Part shown: positions 20,452-30,315 of the stretch, piece by piece | How positions within the stretch are numbered: position 1 is the stretch's first letter | Layout: each line of letters begins with the position of its first letter | Assembly (NCBI GenBank): GCA_965261735.1 | Contig: OZ253470.1 | Location: forward strand, 3,488,001 to 3,552,000 | Source of the DNA: Alphaproteobacteria bacterium | GTDB lineage: Bacteria; Pseudomonadota; Alphaproteobacteria; SHVV01 | DNA length: 64,000 nucleotides | Direction: 5' to 3' | Position numbers and translations under genes: made by a program | Notes under the pieces: model-generated | Told to the model about the DNA's origin: nothing | The model's database searches: none | The model's input: the letters and a program-made list of their open reading frames with translations, nothing else

Positions 20452-21861
20452 TCATCTTGGCCTCTTTCGTGCTTCGCTGATTCTATCCTCTTCGTCGTAG
20501 TAGCCCTCCATAAATGCCCCTTCGATGAACCGCGATACGACGTCGTCCGCATCTTCGTCGATGCCGAGCTCCTTCAGGGTCTTCACGCATAATCCGGCCA
20601 GTCCGGCCCTCAACACTCTCGTATACGAGAACTTGCTCCTCGGTCGATCATAAACCGCCGACAGGACCTCGTCGCGGTAATTGGAAGCCTCGCGCACCCA
20701 CCAGGACACCCGCTCTCTGAAGCCCTGCTTCAACGTCTCCCTCAGCGCTTCAGGCATCCAGCGCGACTCGTCGCACAGCAGCCAAATCAGACACTGGAAG
20801 CCATTGAAGACCTGACGGGAGTAGGAACCGTTGTGGCCATTCACGAACTCGTAACTCAGTTCGTCCGGCGTATAGTTGCCGTAGGTCGGATGCCGCCAAG
20901 CGACAAAATCTCCGCACAGCGGGGGGTTGTCGTCAACGGTGTCGGCCCTGCCATAGCGAAACGCATCGCAACTCGATGTTCTCTCCGGTGACATCAGTTC
21001 GTCGAACGCTTCCGCAAACCCGTCATCAAATCCCGGAATGGTCAGCTGTGGAGTATAGAGCGCCAGCGTTGCCGGATTCGCCTGCACACATTCAAGAAGA
21101 CCTGGCCATTTTCGAAGGTACTCGTGCACCAATCGCGGATGTGTCAACTGGCAGATCTTTCGCTCCTTTCCGTCATGCGCCCAATCGAGCTGCAGCGCTG
21201 TCCAGGCAATGTTCACTCCTCGTTCCGTCGCGCGGGAGCCGGCAGGAAAGGGAAGCGGAAAAATCCAGCGCCACTCATGATTCAGGTCGGGATAGAGCAG
21301 CTCCGCTTCCTTAATCTCGACGATATCAAGCCACCACTCATCTGTGACCACCGGTGGCGACAGTCCCTTCTCGATGAGAATGTCCCTTGCCACAACCAAC
21401 GGACTGCCGTCCGGCTGGAGTCTCTTTAGCAACTGACCAACCACGGTTCGGATACCCGACGCGGATACCGCGGCCCGCAGATCGGCAAGGGGCGGCGAGA
21501 ACGCCAGGACCTCGTCCCGCTCCACATGGTGCCAGATAGGCAGGATCATCCCGCGGTCCTCCGCCATCTCGCGGGCCACCAGACCGTTCAGCTCGCGCTT
21601 CGGCCACCGCTTGCGAAAAAAACTCGGACTGAGGACGACAATGCCGTAACGCGACGTGGCGAGCCCACGGTCTATCGCCTCGCGGAGACTGTCGCCGACC
21701 TCGAGCGCGAATTCGTCGTACCAGACTTCCAGGTGATGGGATCGCAGCGCTTCCGCCAGTGGACGGACGAACTCGTCCTTGTCCTCGCTCGCGTGACAGA
21801 TGAAGACGTCTTGGAGCTTCGTTACAGCAGACCGATCAAGATCCATCCACGTCATCCTCAC
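20452..21861 (-). CDS. TIR-domain protein with an uncharacterised C-terminal region
   Basis: DVFICHASEDK, VWYDEF, GDSLREAIDRGL and IVVLSPSFFRKRWPKREL (catalytic Glu retained). Confidence 0.88.
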   Translation of the reverse strand: MRMTWMDLDRSAVTKLQDVFICHASEDKDEFVRPLAEALRSHHLEVWYDEFALEVGDSLREAIDRGLATSRYGIVVLSPSFFRKRWPKRELNGLVAREMAEDRGMILPIWHHVERDEVLAFSPPLADLRAAVSASGIRTVVGQLLKRLQPDGSPLVVARDILIEKGLSPPVVTDEWWLDIVEIKEAELLYPDLNHEWRWIFPLPFPAGSRATERGVNIAWTALQLDWAHDGKERKICQLTHPRLVHEYLRKWPGLLECVQANPATLALYTPQLTIPGFDDGFAEAFDELMSPERTSSCDAFRYGRADTVDDNPPLCGDFVAWRHPTYGNYTPDELSYEFVNGHNGSYSRQVFNGFQCLIWLLCDESRWMPEALRETLKQGFRERVSWWVREASNYRDEVLSAVYDRPRSKFSYTRVLRAGLAGLCVKTLKELGIDEDADDVVSRFIEGAFMEGYYDEEDRISEARKRPR

Positions 21862-22014
21862 ATGGATCGCTGCCCTCGATCCCTACCCGGGCTGAATGCC
21901 TCCTTCCCGGTGGACCGGTCACGACAGGCCACCGGCATGCCCGCCGGCCCATCTTCCTCCTCCCCGGCACCTCTTGCAATCCAATGCCCAGCCGGCACCA
22001 GCCGGTGCCGAGCC

Positions 22015-22225
22015 TCACCCGCCACCGTCCCCGTCAACATGAAATTCCGCACACACGGGCCAGTGGTCGGAAACCCTCTTGTCGCTGAAGGCCTGGTCGA
22101 CGCCCCAGACGCCCGCATAGTTCTCACTGCCGTCCGTGTCCATCACGATGCGATCGTACGCGCACCCTGAACCGGCGACATTCGTATCGGCCGTATGAGG
22201 GACAATCCAGACGTAGTCGGGTCCT
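22015..22225 (-). pseudogene. DNase I-like EEP C-terminal fragment
   Basis: ADTNV...CAYDRIV...VSDHWPV. Confidence 0.6.
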
Positions 22226-22745
22226 GCAATGTCGAGCGGCTCCAGTATGAGCGTCCTGCGCTTCGGCATCGCCTCTCCCCGCTCTCGACCGGCCCTCAAT
22301 TCAGTCATCAAACCGCATACGAGCGGCATAAAATTGGGGACCATTTGAGACGATCCGTGTCGTGGCTCGGATGGAGTACCTTGTCTCTCCGCCGTTGACA
22401 CCAGGTTGTGCTGAAGAGGTACTGGCGGCAGATTGCGCATTCTTTCGACGCCGCTTGGTACGGGTGACACAGAGTCGCGCCGGCTGATGAGTGATGGAAT
22501 ATGGAAGCGGCCCCCTATGCGACTGTGCCCAACTTGACTCAGTTGCGCCGGCTTCAAGGCCCCGCAGCGAGATTGTCATGCGGTAACATTCCGCTGAAGC
22601 GCGCCGGATTCTCGGCCACTTGGATCAGGTTGTGCATGGTTTGGTACTTGTCGACCAATCCCACTTGCTGGCGCCTTCTCATATCGTTAATCAAATTATG
22701 GCCGCAACCTAGTACTGAGTATAGAGGTAGGTAGACAATATTGAA

Positions 22746-23045
22746 ATGAATACGATGACTGATCGACACCTTGGCCCGGGTTGGGATGCCCAGGCAATCA
22801 GTAGTATTGCTGAAGAACATTATGGCGGACTGAAGGAACTGTTCGAAGCTCACGGCTGGCGAGAACGCGGCAGTAACATGATGCCGACCCAGCAATGCCG
22901 TGTTGCTGAAGTCTATGGCTCCGTCGCCAATTTCGTGCGGGACCACGAATTCGCTGCACTGATGGATCCACTCGAGGCGATTGAGCGAGACCCGCCGAAT
23001 GTCTGGCTGACCAGCGCTTACGTTCTATTTCCAGGCAATTGGGGA
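22746..23045 (+). pseudogene. Hypothetical protein truncated at the edge of the duplicated segment
   Basis: Protein-like, lower-GC ORF whose 3' end is replaced at 23046 by sequence duplicated at 49845. Confidence 0.4.
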
Positions 23046-23080
23046 TTACTCCATTTCACCGTTGCCGTGATGGCCGCGCG

Positions 23081-23180
23081 ATGAGCGGCGACGGCGAGGA
23101 CCGCTTCACGCCCATCCGCAGCCGGGGCGGGAAGACGGGCGGGAACTATCTGCATCGGGTTCTGCGCGCGGCCAACCGCT
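23081..23180 (+). pseudogene. Possible relaxase (VirD2/RlxS-like) extreme N-terminus; a copy lies at about 49710..49810 (-)
   Basis: MSGDGEDRFTPIRSRGGKTGGNYLHRVLRAAN resembles the N-termini of alphaproteobacterial ICE relaxases. Confidence 0.45.
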
Positions 23181-23258
23181 TCGGCTTGCGCGAGCGTGGC
23201 GGTTTGTCCTTCAAATTGGTAATGATGCGTTGGTGGCCGATGTGTTGCGTGAGGTCGG

Positions 23259-24044
23259 TCAAACAGGTGCAGCGACCGGTTCCATCTGAAACGACAGTTG
23301 GTATTGCCAGAGGGCTACATTGCCGACTAATGACGTCGCTAGTAGCAGGTCCTCGGTGATCTTGCTGGCGACAATCACGCCGCGAACCGGTCGTCCATCG
23401 GCGAGGTTTTTCGAGATCCATGCCATGTAACGGAGAAGTTGCCCGATCACCCGGTCGTACCCGCGTGACACCTTCAGCTCGATAACCACGAAACCACCAT
23501 TGCGATCGCAGGCCAAGATATCGATGAAGCGTCCACCCACGGGAAACTCAAGACCGGTAAATGTCCCATCCTCGTCTTCGTAGAGGGTCAAACCGCCCTC
23601 CAGGACATGTAGGTTGCGGGCGAGGTAATTTTTGAGATCAGCTTCATAGGCGAACTCTGCCGACCTCTCCCTTTCTTGAACATCGGTCTCCTCATCAACG
23701 TCCTGATCATCGTCGTCGGTGCGTCGCTCATCCGCCTTCTCGAAGTCGTCCCTGTACATCGGCGCCGGATCATTGTCGGGATCCCACAGGCGGTATTGAT
23801 TGGGACCTAGCTTATAAAAGAGATCGAGCCCGCCGCCGGGGCGCGCGGTCGAGACATGTTTACGCCTGTTCGAGTTCACCGCCATCCCATCGACATGCAT
23901 GCTCACCGTATTGTTTTTGATGTTGGGGTAGCGTTCGGCAAACCAGGCAACTGCCTCCTTGCCATTGAATACTTGGCCTGGGGTCAGACGTTCTGTGGCA
24001 AATTCGCGCATTAGTTCTTTAGTTGGTTTATCGTAAATCGGCAT
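23259..24044 (-). CDS. Endonuclease NucS-like (DUF91) protein with an N-terminal putative DNA-binding domain, copy 1
   Basis: EADLKNYL, RFIDILA, VVIELK and IGQLLRYM; acidic linker. Confidence 0.82.
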   Translation of the reverse strand: MPIYDKPTKELMREFATERLTPGQVFNGKEAVAWFAERYPNIKNNTVSMHVDGMAVNSNRRKHVSTARPGGGLDLFYKLGPNQYRLWDPDNDPAPMYRDDFEKADERRTDDDDQDVDEETDVQERERSAEFAYEADLKNYLARNLHVLEGGLTLYEDEDGTFTGLEFPVGGRFIDILACDRNGGFVVIELKVSRGYDRVIGQLLRYMAWISKNLADGRPVRGVIVASKITEDLLLATSLVGNVALWQYQLSFQMEPVAAPV

Positions 24045-24105
24045 GGCATCACCTCAATCTGGTTTTTTGGCTCGCTGTTCGGCGTCCTTGAGCGGAGCGT
24101 CGATC

Positions 24106-25210
24106 CTTGCCTATCCGGTTAACGCCCATGACCGCTACATGTAGGGTGCCACCACTCTCCCGAGTAAAGCTCGGCATAGGTTGGAGCAGAGGTGTCGCCC
24201 GCGATGCCGAGCAATGAGCGGAAGGCGTTGAACGGGTAGAACCGCCTGTTGAAGCGGAAGGTGAACTCGTTGAGGTAGGCTTGTCGGTGCTGGTGGCTAA
24301 CGCCGTGGTGGATACCGATCAGCCACGTCTTCAGGTTGGCGAAAACCAGATGGATGATCGGCAGGTATTGCTCGGCAACCTCTGGATCACCACACTCGGC
24401 AACAGCGAAGTGCTCATAGCCGCGCTTACCGAGGCCAGCATAGCCGCTCCAATCGTCAGTAACGATCAGCGATCGCGGCGCGACGGTGCTCTCGACGAAC
24501 CCACAGAGCGACTCGGCGCTACGGTCGAGCACGACGGCGAGCCGAACGCGTCCGGCATAGCGTCCGTCTTTCCGGTTGTCGAGCTTGGTGCCCGGCTTTC
24601 GATGACGCACCTCGATGGCACAGGAGACGGGAACCTTGTGGTGAACACCACGGCCTTCCCCACGCGTTCGCCCGCCAACCCAGGTTTCGTCCACCTCAAC
24701 ATGGTTCTTGGGCTGTCCACCGATCCTGTCTTGGTTGGGCCGCACCATGCCCGAGCGGAGCTTGTGGAGAATTTGAAAGGCCGTCTCGTAGCGCGAAAGA
24801 CCAAGTTGCCGCTGAAACTGCACGGCGGACATGCCGGGCGTCTGACTGGCGACCAGATAAGCGGCCCAGAACCAGACGTTCAGCGGAGTGTGGCTACGCT
24901 CCATCACTGTTCCCACCGTCAGCCCGGTGTTCTGGCGGCACTTGCGGCAGCGCAGGACGCCAGGGCGGTTTTCAAAGTGGAACGGCTCTCCCGCCGTGCC
25001 GCAGTGCGGGCAGGCAAAGCCGTCTCCCCAGCGGGCTTTCTCCAGGTAGGCGGCGCAGGCCGCATCATCGGGGAAAAGTCGCTGGAACTCGGGTAGCGAA
25101 TGCGGGAATGGGAGATCGGCGCGGTCGAGAACATCCATGGCGCGCTCCCCTATATCCGGTTTGCGCCCATTCTAGCCCTAGTGGGTGTGGGTGTAAACCG
25201 GATAGGCAAG
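24106..25210 (-). mobile_element. IS1595-family element, complete (transposase 24119..25138)
   Basis: IRs CTTGCCTATCCGGTT / AACCGGATAGGCAAG, 8-bp TSD CGTCGATC, Zn ribbon CPHC..CRKC, EVDET and YLNEFTFRFNRR. Confidence 0.95.
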
Positions 25211-25218
25211 CGTCGATC

Positions 25219-25520
25219 TTGCCCCCAAGGCGACCGAAGACGGACTGCCGGAACAAGCCCTTCATCGCGTGCTTGCCGTTCTTGCCCGTGCACGGATCAA
25301 CGAGTTCATCGCCGACCGTCAGGGTCAGGCCAAGGACATCATCGAGTTCGCCATAGGCCTGCAATCCGGCGTCGGACGTGACTTTGGAACCGTGGAACTC
25401 CAGCTTCAGGCGGCGGCCGAAATCCAGTCTCAGAACTCCATCTTTCGATTCGCCCGTCGGGTGACCATATCAACACCCCAAATCCGCTTGTAGCACTTTG
25501 GTTCTTATACCAGAATCACG
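25219..25520 (-). pseudogene. IS1380-family transposase N-terminal remnant
   Basis: LEFHGSKVTSDAG.QAYGELDDVLGLT...GLFRQSVFGRLGG. Confidence 0.75.
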
Positions 25521-25531
25521 TTCATATACCG

Positions 25532-25915
25532 CTAAGCCATAGGTTTATCTGGGAACTGCGGGCTCGCCTCATCCCCCTTTTCTTCCGGCTTTTCGGGCAA
25601 GGGCATTTTCATATCATCCGCGGAGATGTCGATTGCCCGTTCGACAAGGGCGTTGTAGGACGCGGCGGTGAGGCCGGGTGTCTTCGCGGCATAGAGCCTG
25701 CGGATCACGAAATGCGGGTTCAGGATGACGGCGTGTGATGCCGTACCCGCCGCCGTGCGGATGAAGCCCAGCCCATCGAGCGCTTTGATCCGTTCCTTCC
25801 AGGTGCGTACGGCGCGCTGACCCGTGAATCCGGAATGAAAAGCCAAGTCGTGGGCATTTTGCAGGCTGACATACATCTCGTCGAACGCTTTACCCCACAG
25901 AGCGAGATAGGTGAT
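25532..25915 (-). pseudogene. Hypothetical (winged-HTH-like) protein, 5' truncated by an IS5 remnant
   Basis: TYLALW..AFDEMYV...LAFHSGFTGQRAVRTWKERIKALDGLGFI. Confidence 0.45.
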
Positions 25916-25939
25916 CGAGGTTCGTTTGCTGCCATCCGA

Positions 25940-26175
25940 GAGCGACCATCATCGCCGTCGAGATCGTGCGCAAGAACCCCGATCAAGTCGGCTTCGCCGT
26001 CAACCCGCGGCGCTGGGTGGTCGAGCGCTTCTTCGCCTGGATCGGCCGCAACCGGCGACTGGCAAAGGACTTCGAGGCAACCATCGCCTCAGCCCGCGCC
26101 TTCCTCTATGCCGCCTCCGTCATGCTTCTCCTCCGCCGCCTCGCCAGAAACTCGTGACTTTCGAGACGGACTCTA
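25940..26175 (+). mobile_element. IS5-family 3' remnant
   Basis: PRRWVVERFFAWIGRNRRLAKDFE, followed by an IR-like TTTCGAGACGGACTCT. Confidence 0.8.
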
Positions 26176-26236
26176 AGGTCTGCACCAGTGTTCTGTCCCA
26201 CGAACTAGGAGGCCTACTGACTTTTACATGCGGGAT

Positions 26237-26995
26237 CTAGCTCTGACCACTCTCGATCTCGGACACAAAATTCGGATTGATAGTTTCAGCAAGATGCTTG
26301 AAGCTTTTTGAAATTAATCGAGCAGGGCTGTCTTGATTTTCCTCACAGGAAGGACACATCACAATACTTGTGTAAGGAGCGGCGATGATACGTGTCGCTT
26401 CGGTCATACATTCTATTTCTTCATCGGTTTCAGCCGACATCGATACATCTTCTCTAACAAGTCGAATCATTTCGGACTCGTCGCCATTGGCGATCCGATG
26501 CAACATTAGTCCAAATCCCTGATTCATCATCTGGTGCCTGAAATAGTGATCTTGGACACAGCAATGTGGATATCCAAGAAGGAACGATTCTTGCTCAATT
26601 GTAATGCTTCCGGCATTACAAATCTCGAAGACTATTTTCGAGATTGATCGAGATTTGCAGATATAGAAAACTGGATTCTCTGAGAGCTTCTCCTGATCTG
26701 TTGAAGCATACCATTCTGGCAATCCAATGAACTCCGGTTGTGCATGCCATTTGAGTCCCTGAATCACATGCAAGCGCATCTCGTTGGCAATGCTTTTCAC
26801 ACCCTTGACCCACTGTGGATCGTCAAATCCCCGTCCAATAAGAACAACTGGTTTGAGCCCAGATATCATTGCGAGAAAGTCCAGCATTTCCTGAGGTGCT
26901 ATTGCTTGATTGTAAGGGTCCCCGCGATCGAATGGAATCCGCCTCAATTTCTTAAGGGCGTTCCTCAGACGCGGTTTATCGACAGACTTCAACAT
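26237..26995 (-). CDS. Hypothetical low-GC protein with Cys motifs
   Basis: Open 252-aa frame in AT-rich DNA, containing LLGYPHCC and CPSC. Confidence 0.7.
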   Translation of the reverse strand: MLKSVDKPRLRNALKKLRRIPFDRGDPYNQAIAPQEMLDFLAMISGLKPVVLIGRGFDDPQWVKGVKSIANEMRLHVIQGLKWHAQPEFIGLPEWYASTDQEKLSENPVFYICKSRSISKIVFEICNAGSITIEQESFLLGYPHCCVQDHYFRHQMMNQGFGLMLHRIANGDESEMIRLVREDVSMSAETDEEIECMTEATRIIAAPYTSIVMCPSCEENQDSPARLISKSFKHLAETINPNFVSEIESGQS

Positions 26996-27049
26996 GTCTG
27001 GGTCACTCAGTTTGATGACCTGTCCCCAGCGGCTGGTCCGGTTTTAATG

Positions 27050-27420
27050 TTTAGTACCTTTCCGGTTTCTCCGCCAAGCTGGGGGACCGGTGGAGCGGAG
27101 CCAGACGGCCAGCTTGGTTTGATGATCGTCTCTGGACACGGCGGCCAGCATCCCAGGCTACGATGGGGGCGGATGGTGTTGTAGTGGCGCCGCCAGGCCT
27201 CAATGAGGAGCTGGGCTTCCTTGAGGGTGTAGAAGGTCTCTCAGCTCAGGAACTCGTCGGGCAGTCGCGCATTGAAGCTCTCAATGTATCTATGAATGGC
27301 TGCATTCGTGTCTCCCAAGGTGAACCCGGCTCGATGAAGGCGGTCCGGGCCCCGGCCGCGGTGACCCGTCGCCGGAGGGCCTCGGCGACGAAACCCGGGT
27401 CGTTGTCGGACCTGACGTTA
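27050..27420 (-). mobile_element. IS3-family remnant
   Basis: RSDNDPGFVAEAL...TAFIEPGSPWE integrase-core fragment. Confidence 0.65.
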
Positions 27421-27478
27421 ACTCCCATAACAGGTGCTCTCCTGACGCAGATTACCCCGCGCTGCAATCAGGGCGATT

Positions 27479-27900
27479 TTAAGGCGCAGCGGTGGGCGTA
27501 CTCGTTGGCGTGACCGGGATGAGGGCCCCGGATGTCACAGCGACAACCAGCCCGCGCTCGGCTCCGGTCACGTCAAGGTAGGCTCGAACCTGATCGCGAT
27601 AGTGATCGAGAGTCCCCGGCGAGGGGTCCACATCACTCTTCCAGTCGATCACCACCTCCGGCACGCCGTCCGGATCGAATGCGATAGCATCCGCAACACC
27701 TGCCGTTGCTTCCTCGTGCGCTTCTCCCAGCTCGGAAGCGTATACCGGAAACTCCGGCTTCAACCGCGGCCTCACGGCTACCACTTCCGGAATCGACAAG
27801 GTGCGCACGACACAGTCGGCGAGTTCGGCCGGCGCGAGTCCCAAAGCGGGATCGTCCATGACCGGGCGTCCCAACGCCCGAATCAGAATGTCGGCGCGGG
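27479..27900 (-). pseudogene. C-terminal RecB/AddA-like nuclease domain fragment
   Basis: PEFPVY, GVADAI, VIDWKSD and QVRAYL. Confidence 0.65.
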
Positions 27901-28028
27901 CAATGAGGTCCGGTGCGTACCATGCCAACGCGAGAAGGGAGGCTCGCTCCTTTCCGGTCAACTGCGAGAACACGTCCTTAAGGCGGGCGTAGGAAGGCAG
28001 TCGAAAATCTCCGGCGAGATCTGCGGAG

Positions 28029-28120
28029 TGTTGATCGGCGCGCAGGTTGGACGCCGATCGGCACGCTAAATTATTGATTTGGCGTGATCCTGTGGGGTCA
28101 AATTTGGGCGCCGAACAACA
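28029..28120. repeat. About 90-bp MITE with IS21-like ends, copy 2
   Basis: TGTTGATCGGCGCGC...CGCCGATCGGCAC...GGGGTCAAATTTGGGCGCCGAACAACA. Confidence 0.7.
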
Positions 28121-28125
28121 TGGCG

Positions 28126-28386
28126 TTAGGCAGCTCGTGACCCGGGCTGCGTATTATCTCCCTGCCCCATGAGCAGACCTTCCACCGAGATATCTTCGTC
28201 AAGATCTTCCCAGTGCAGGCCATTGCCGGAATAGCCGATCCGGTAGCTTTCCCGTTGCTCAGCGGTCGCGCGCATCAATCGCGGAAACCACGCTAGAGGC
28301 ACCCCAAGCGACCGGCCGTCGTCCAGCTCGATCCACATCGTGTCGCGGTCAAAGGCGAGCTTCCTAGCTCTAACCGAAATGTTCAT
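28126..28386 (-). CDS. DUF2442 protein (DhiA-like component of the TA pair)
   Basis: LDDGRSLGVPLAWFPRL...LHWEDLDEDISVEGLL. Confidence 0.88.
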   Translation of the reverse strand: MNISVRARKLAFDRDTMWIELDDGRSLGVPLAWFPRLMRATAEQRESYRIGYSGNGLHWEDLDEDISVEGLLMGQGDNTQPGSRAA

Positions 28387-28612
28387 TCCAGGCTCTTTCG
28401 ATTTCTTCTCGGTGGTGGTGGACCAACTCGGCCAACTCCGAGAGCTGCCTTCGGTTGAAGCCAGCACTTCGGGCAACTCTTACCTCCGGATACAACCAGA
28501 ATTTCGCCTCACCGTCACTGCTTTCAGCATGGACGTGCACCGGCTCTCGGGGCGCTCCCTCGTTCGAGAAGAAGTGAAAGCGCACGTTTTGATGGCGAAA
28601 GACAACCGGCAT
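28370..28612 (-). CDS. DUF4160 protein (DhiT-like component of the TA pair)
   Basis: MPVVFR..RFHFFSNE..EPVHVH..EAKFWL..AWNEHFG; overlaps the DUF2442 gene. Confidence 0.88.
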   Translation of the reverse strand: MPVVFRHQNVRFHFFSNEGAPREPVHVHAESSDGEAKFWLYPEVRVARSAGFNRRQLSELAELVHHHREEIERAWNEHFG

Positions 28613-28783
28613 TCAGGCTCGTCCCGTAGTACGTGGCGCCGAACTCGTTTCGTGCAGGTCCAAATTCGCCTCGTTGATCTTGTCCTGTCTCATGGAAGCA
28701 GCATACGCGTGCATTGAATGTGTGCAGAGTCTCGTATATCGCAGGACACTCGATCTCCGTCCCTCCTTAGCTGAGCTGGTGCG

Positions 28784-30058
28784 CTACACGGCGGCTATCG
28801 CGGGGACTAATTCCCCGTTCATCAACGCCTCGATTCGATCGGCGATGCGTTGTGCCGGCTCTCGGAGCTGCCTGACGGTCCAGTCGGCGGCGTAACCTTC
28901 GGTCACGTCATTGGGACGGGCATGATTGACCAGCCGCTTGGTCAACGCCGACGGCAGCATCAGCTCGCGCTCGGCGACGGTAATGAAACAGTTACGCAGG
29001 CCGTGGAACCAGAACTTCGCGCCACCGACTTCCGTGACCCGACCATAGAGATGATGTGGGTCCTCGACATGGCCCGAGGCGCTGGACGGGGAGGGGAACA
29101 CCCAGTTCCCACGGTCGGCGGGCAGATCCTCGCTCTCCGATTGGCGGCGCTCGAGGATGGCGCGCAGTTGCCCGGTGACGGGAAGCTCCAGGGGAACGCC
29201 GGTCTTTGTTTCCTCGACCCGAAAGGTGAGCGCTGCCATGTCCACCCGTTCCCACCGCAGGGTCAAAACCTCGTCCCGGCGCATGCCGGTGTAGAGCCCG
29301 AACCACAGTGCATCCCGGATCGCCGGGTTGTTGACTTCTGCTTCGATGCCGGCGCGCCAGCACGGCAGCACCTCGGCGGGGGTCGAGATCTTGCGCCGCA
29401 CTTTGCGATGAAACTTGCCGCCGCCGGCGAGCCATAGATCGACCGGATTGCGTAGGCCCTCGAGATCGACGCAAGGCCGGCGGTAGACCGAGCGCAACAG
29501 GGACATCGCGCGGTTGGCAGGCGACCAGCCGTGATCCTCGGTAATACGGTTGAAGCGGGCCTCCACATCCCGGCGGGCGATAGCATCGAGGGGGCGGGAG
29601 AGCCAGTCGCCGAGATAGCGCTTGGCCTCGTAGCGGTAGAGTTCATCGGTGCGTTTCGAGCGGTTGGGATTGGCCGCCATGTAATCCTCGAAGGCGTCGC
29701 CGAGGGTCGGCATAGCACGCGCCTCCGCGCGCTCTTCTGCTGGGTCATCGCCGCTAGCGACCTTGCCAAGAACCTTCTGCGCCAGGCGCCTGGCTTGGTC
29801 AGGAGCAACTTTCCCGTAACGGCCGATGACGACGCGTTTGTTGGGTGCCTTCCGTCCACCATCGCCTGACCGGTAATTGACAATGAAGGACTTGGCGCCA
29901 GTGGGATGCACGCGAACGCCGAATCCGGTCAGCCGGTCGTCCCATGCGATCCAGGACTTGTCGGCGGGCTTGAGACCCTCAACGGCCCGCTTAGTAAGCG
30001 TTAGCTTGGTCTTGGCAATGCGTTTTCCGATTTTCGCTTCCATGGCCCAATTGTGCAT
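28784..30058 (-). CDS. int: Tyrosine integrase with an N-terminal arm-binding domain
   Basis: WDDRLTGFGVRV arm domain, TGMRRDE, HGLR and LVNH...VTEGY catalytic residues. Adjacent to the tRNA fragment. Confidence 0.93.
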   Translation of the reverse strand: MHNWAMEAKIGKRIAKTKLTLTKRAVEGLKPADKSWIAWDDRLTGFGVRVHPTGAKSFIVNYRSGDGGRKAPNKRVVIGRYGKVAPDQARRLAQKVLGKVASGDDPAEERAEARAMPTLGDAFEDYMAANPNRSKRTDELYRYEAKRYLGDWLSRPLDAIARRDVEARFNRITEDHGWSPANRAMSLLRSVYRRPCVDLEGLRNPVDLWLAGGGKFHRKVRRKISTPAEVLPCWRAGIEAEVNNPAIRDALWFGLYTGMRRDEVLTLRWERVDMAALTFRVEETKTGVPLELPVTGQLRAILERRQSESEDLPADRGNWVFPSPSSASGHVEDPHHLYGRVTEVGGAKFWFHGLRNCFITVAERELMLPSALTKRLVNHARPNDVTEGYAADWTVRQLREPAQRIADRIEALMNGELVPAIAAV

Positions 30059-30232
30059 ATGGACCTCAAGCAGTCAACACATTGATCAACACATGAAAAT
30101 AACACTGGGCGCATCCGTGCGCATGTCTGGCGAGATCGGATACGAGAAGGGAGTTGAAAAACCCTTATTCTATGGTATGTTTGTCGTCGTCAGCGCATTC
30201 GTGCGCACCAGAGCGCAAAATAACGCGCGAGA

Positions 30233-30277
30233 CTCATAACCTGAAGGTCGTTGGTTCAAATCCAACCCCCGCAACCA
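30233..30277 (+). other. att site: 3' half of tRNA-Met(CAT, initiator-like)
   Basis: CTCATAACCTGAAGGTCGTTGGTTCAAATCCAACCCCCGCAACCA contains the anticodon loop, T-arm and CCA. The D-arm and 5' acceptor strand are absent. Confidence 0.9.
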
Positions 30278-30280
30278 AAT

Positions 30281-30315
30281 AAAACGCCGCTAACGCAATA
30301 TGTTAGCGGCGTTTT
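30281..30315. terminator. Intrinsic terminator hairpin after the tRNA 3' end
   Basis: AAAACGCCGCTAAC-GCAATAT-GTTAGCGGCGTTTT is a perfect 14-bp inverted repeat. Confidence 0.75.

Larger units (their letters stand above)
23046..25335. repeat. About 1.18-kb segment duplicated in inverted orientation at 48669..49845; this copy also carries an IS1595
   Basis: Near-identical reverse-complement match on both sides of the IS. Confidence 0.92.

Noticed and set aside
20452-21861. Thoeris, CBASS or SPARTA system
   Set aside because: No ThsA-like, cyclase or Argonaute gene is adjacent to the TIR gene.
30200-30277. Complete tRNA-Met gene
   Set aside because: The 5' acceptor strand, D-arm and 5' anticodon stem are missing. 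It is only the att duplicate.
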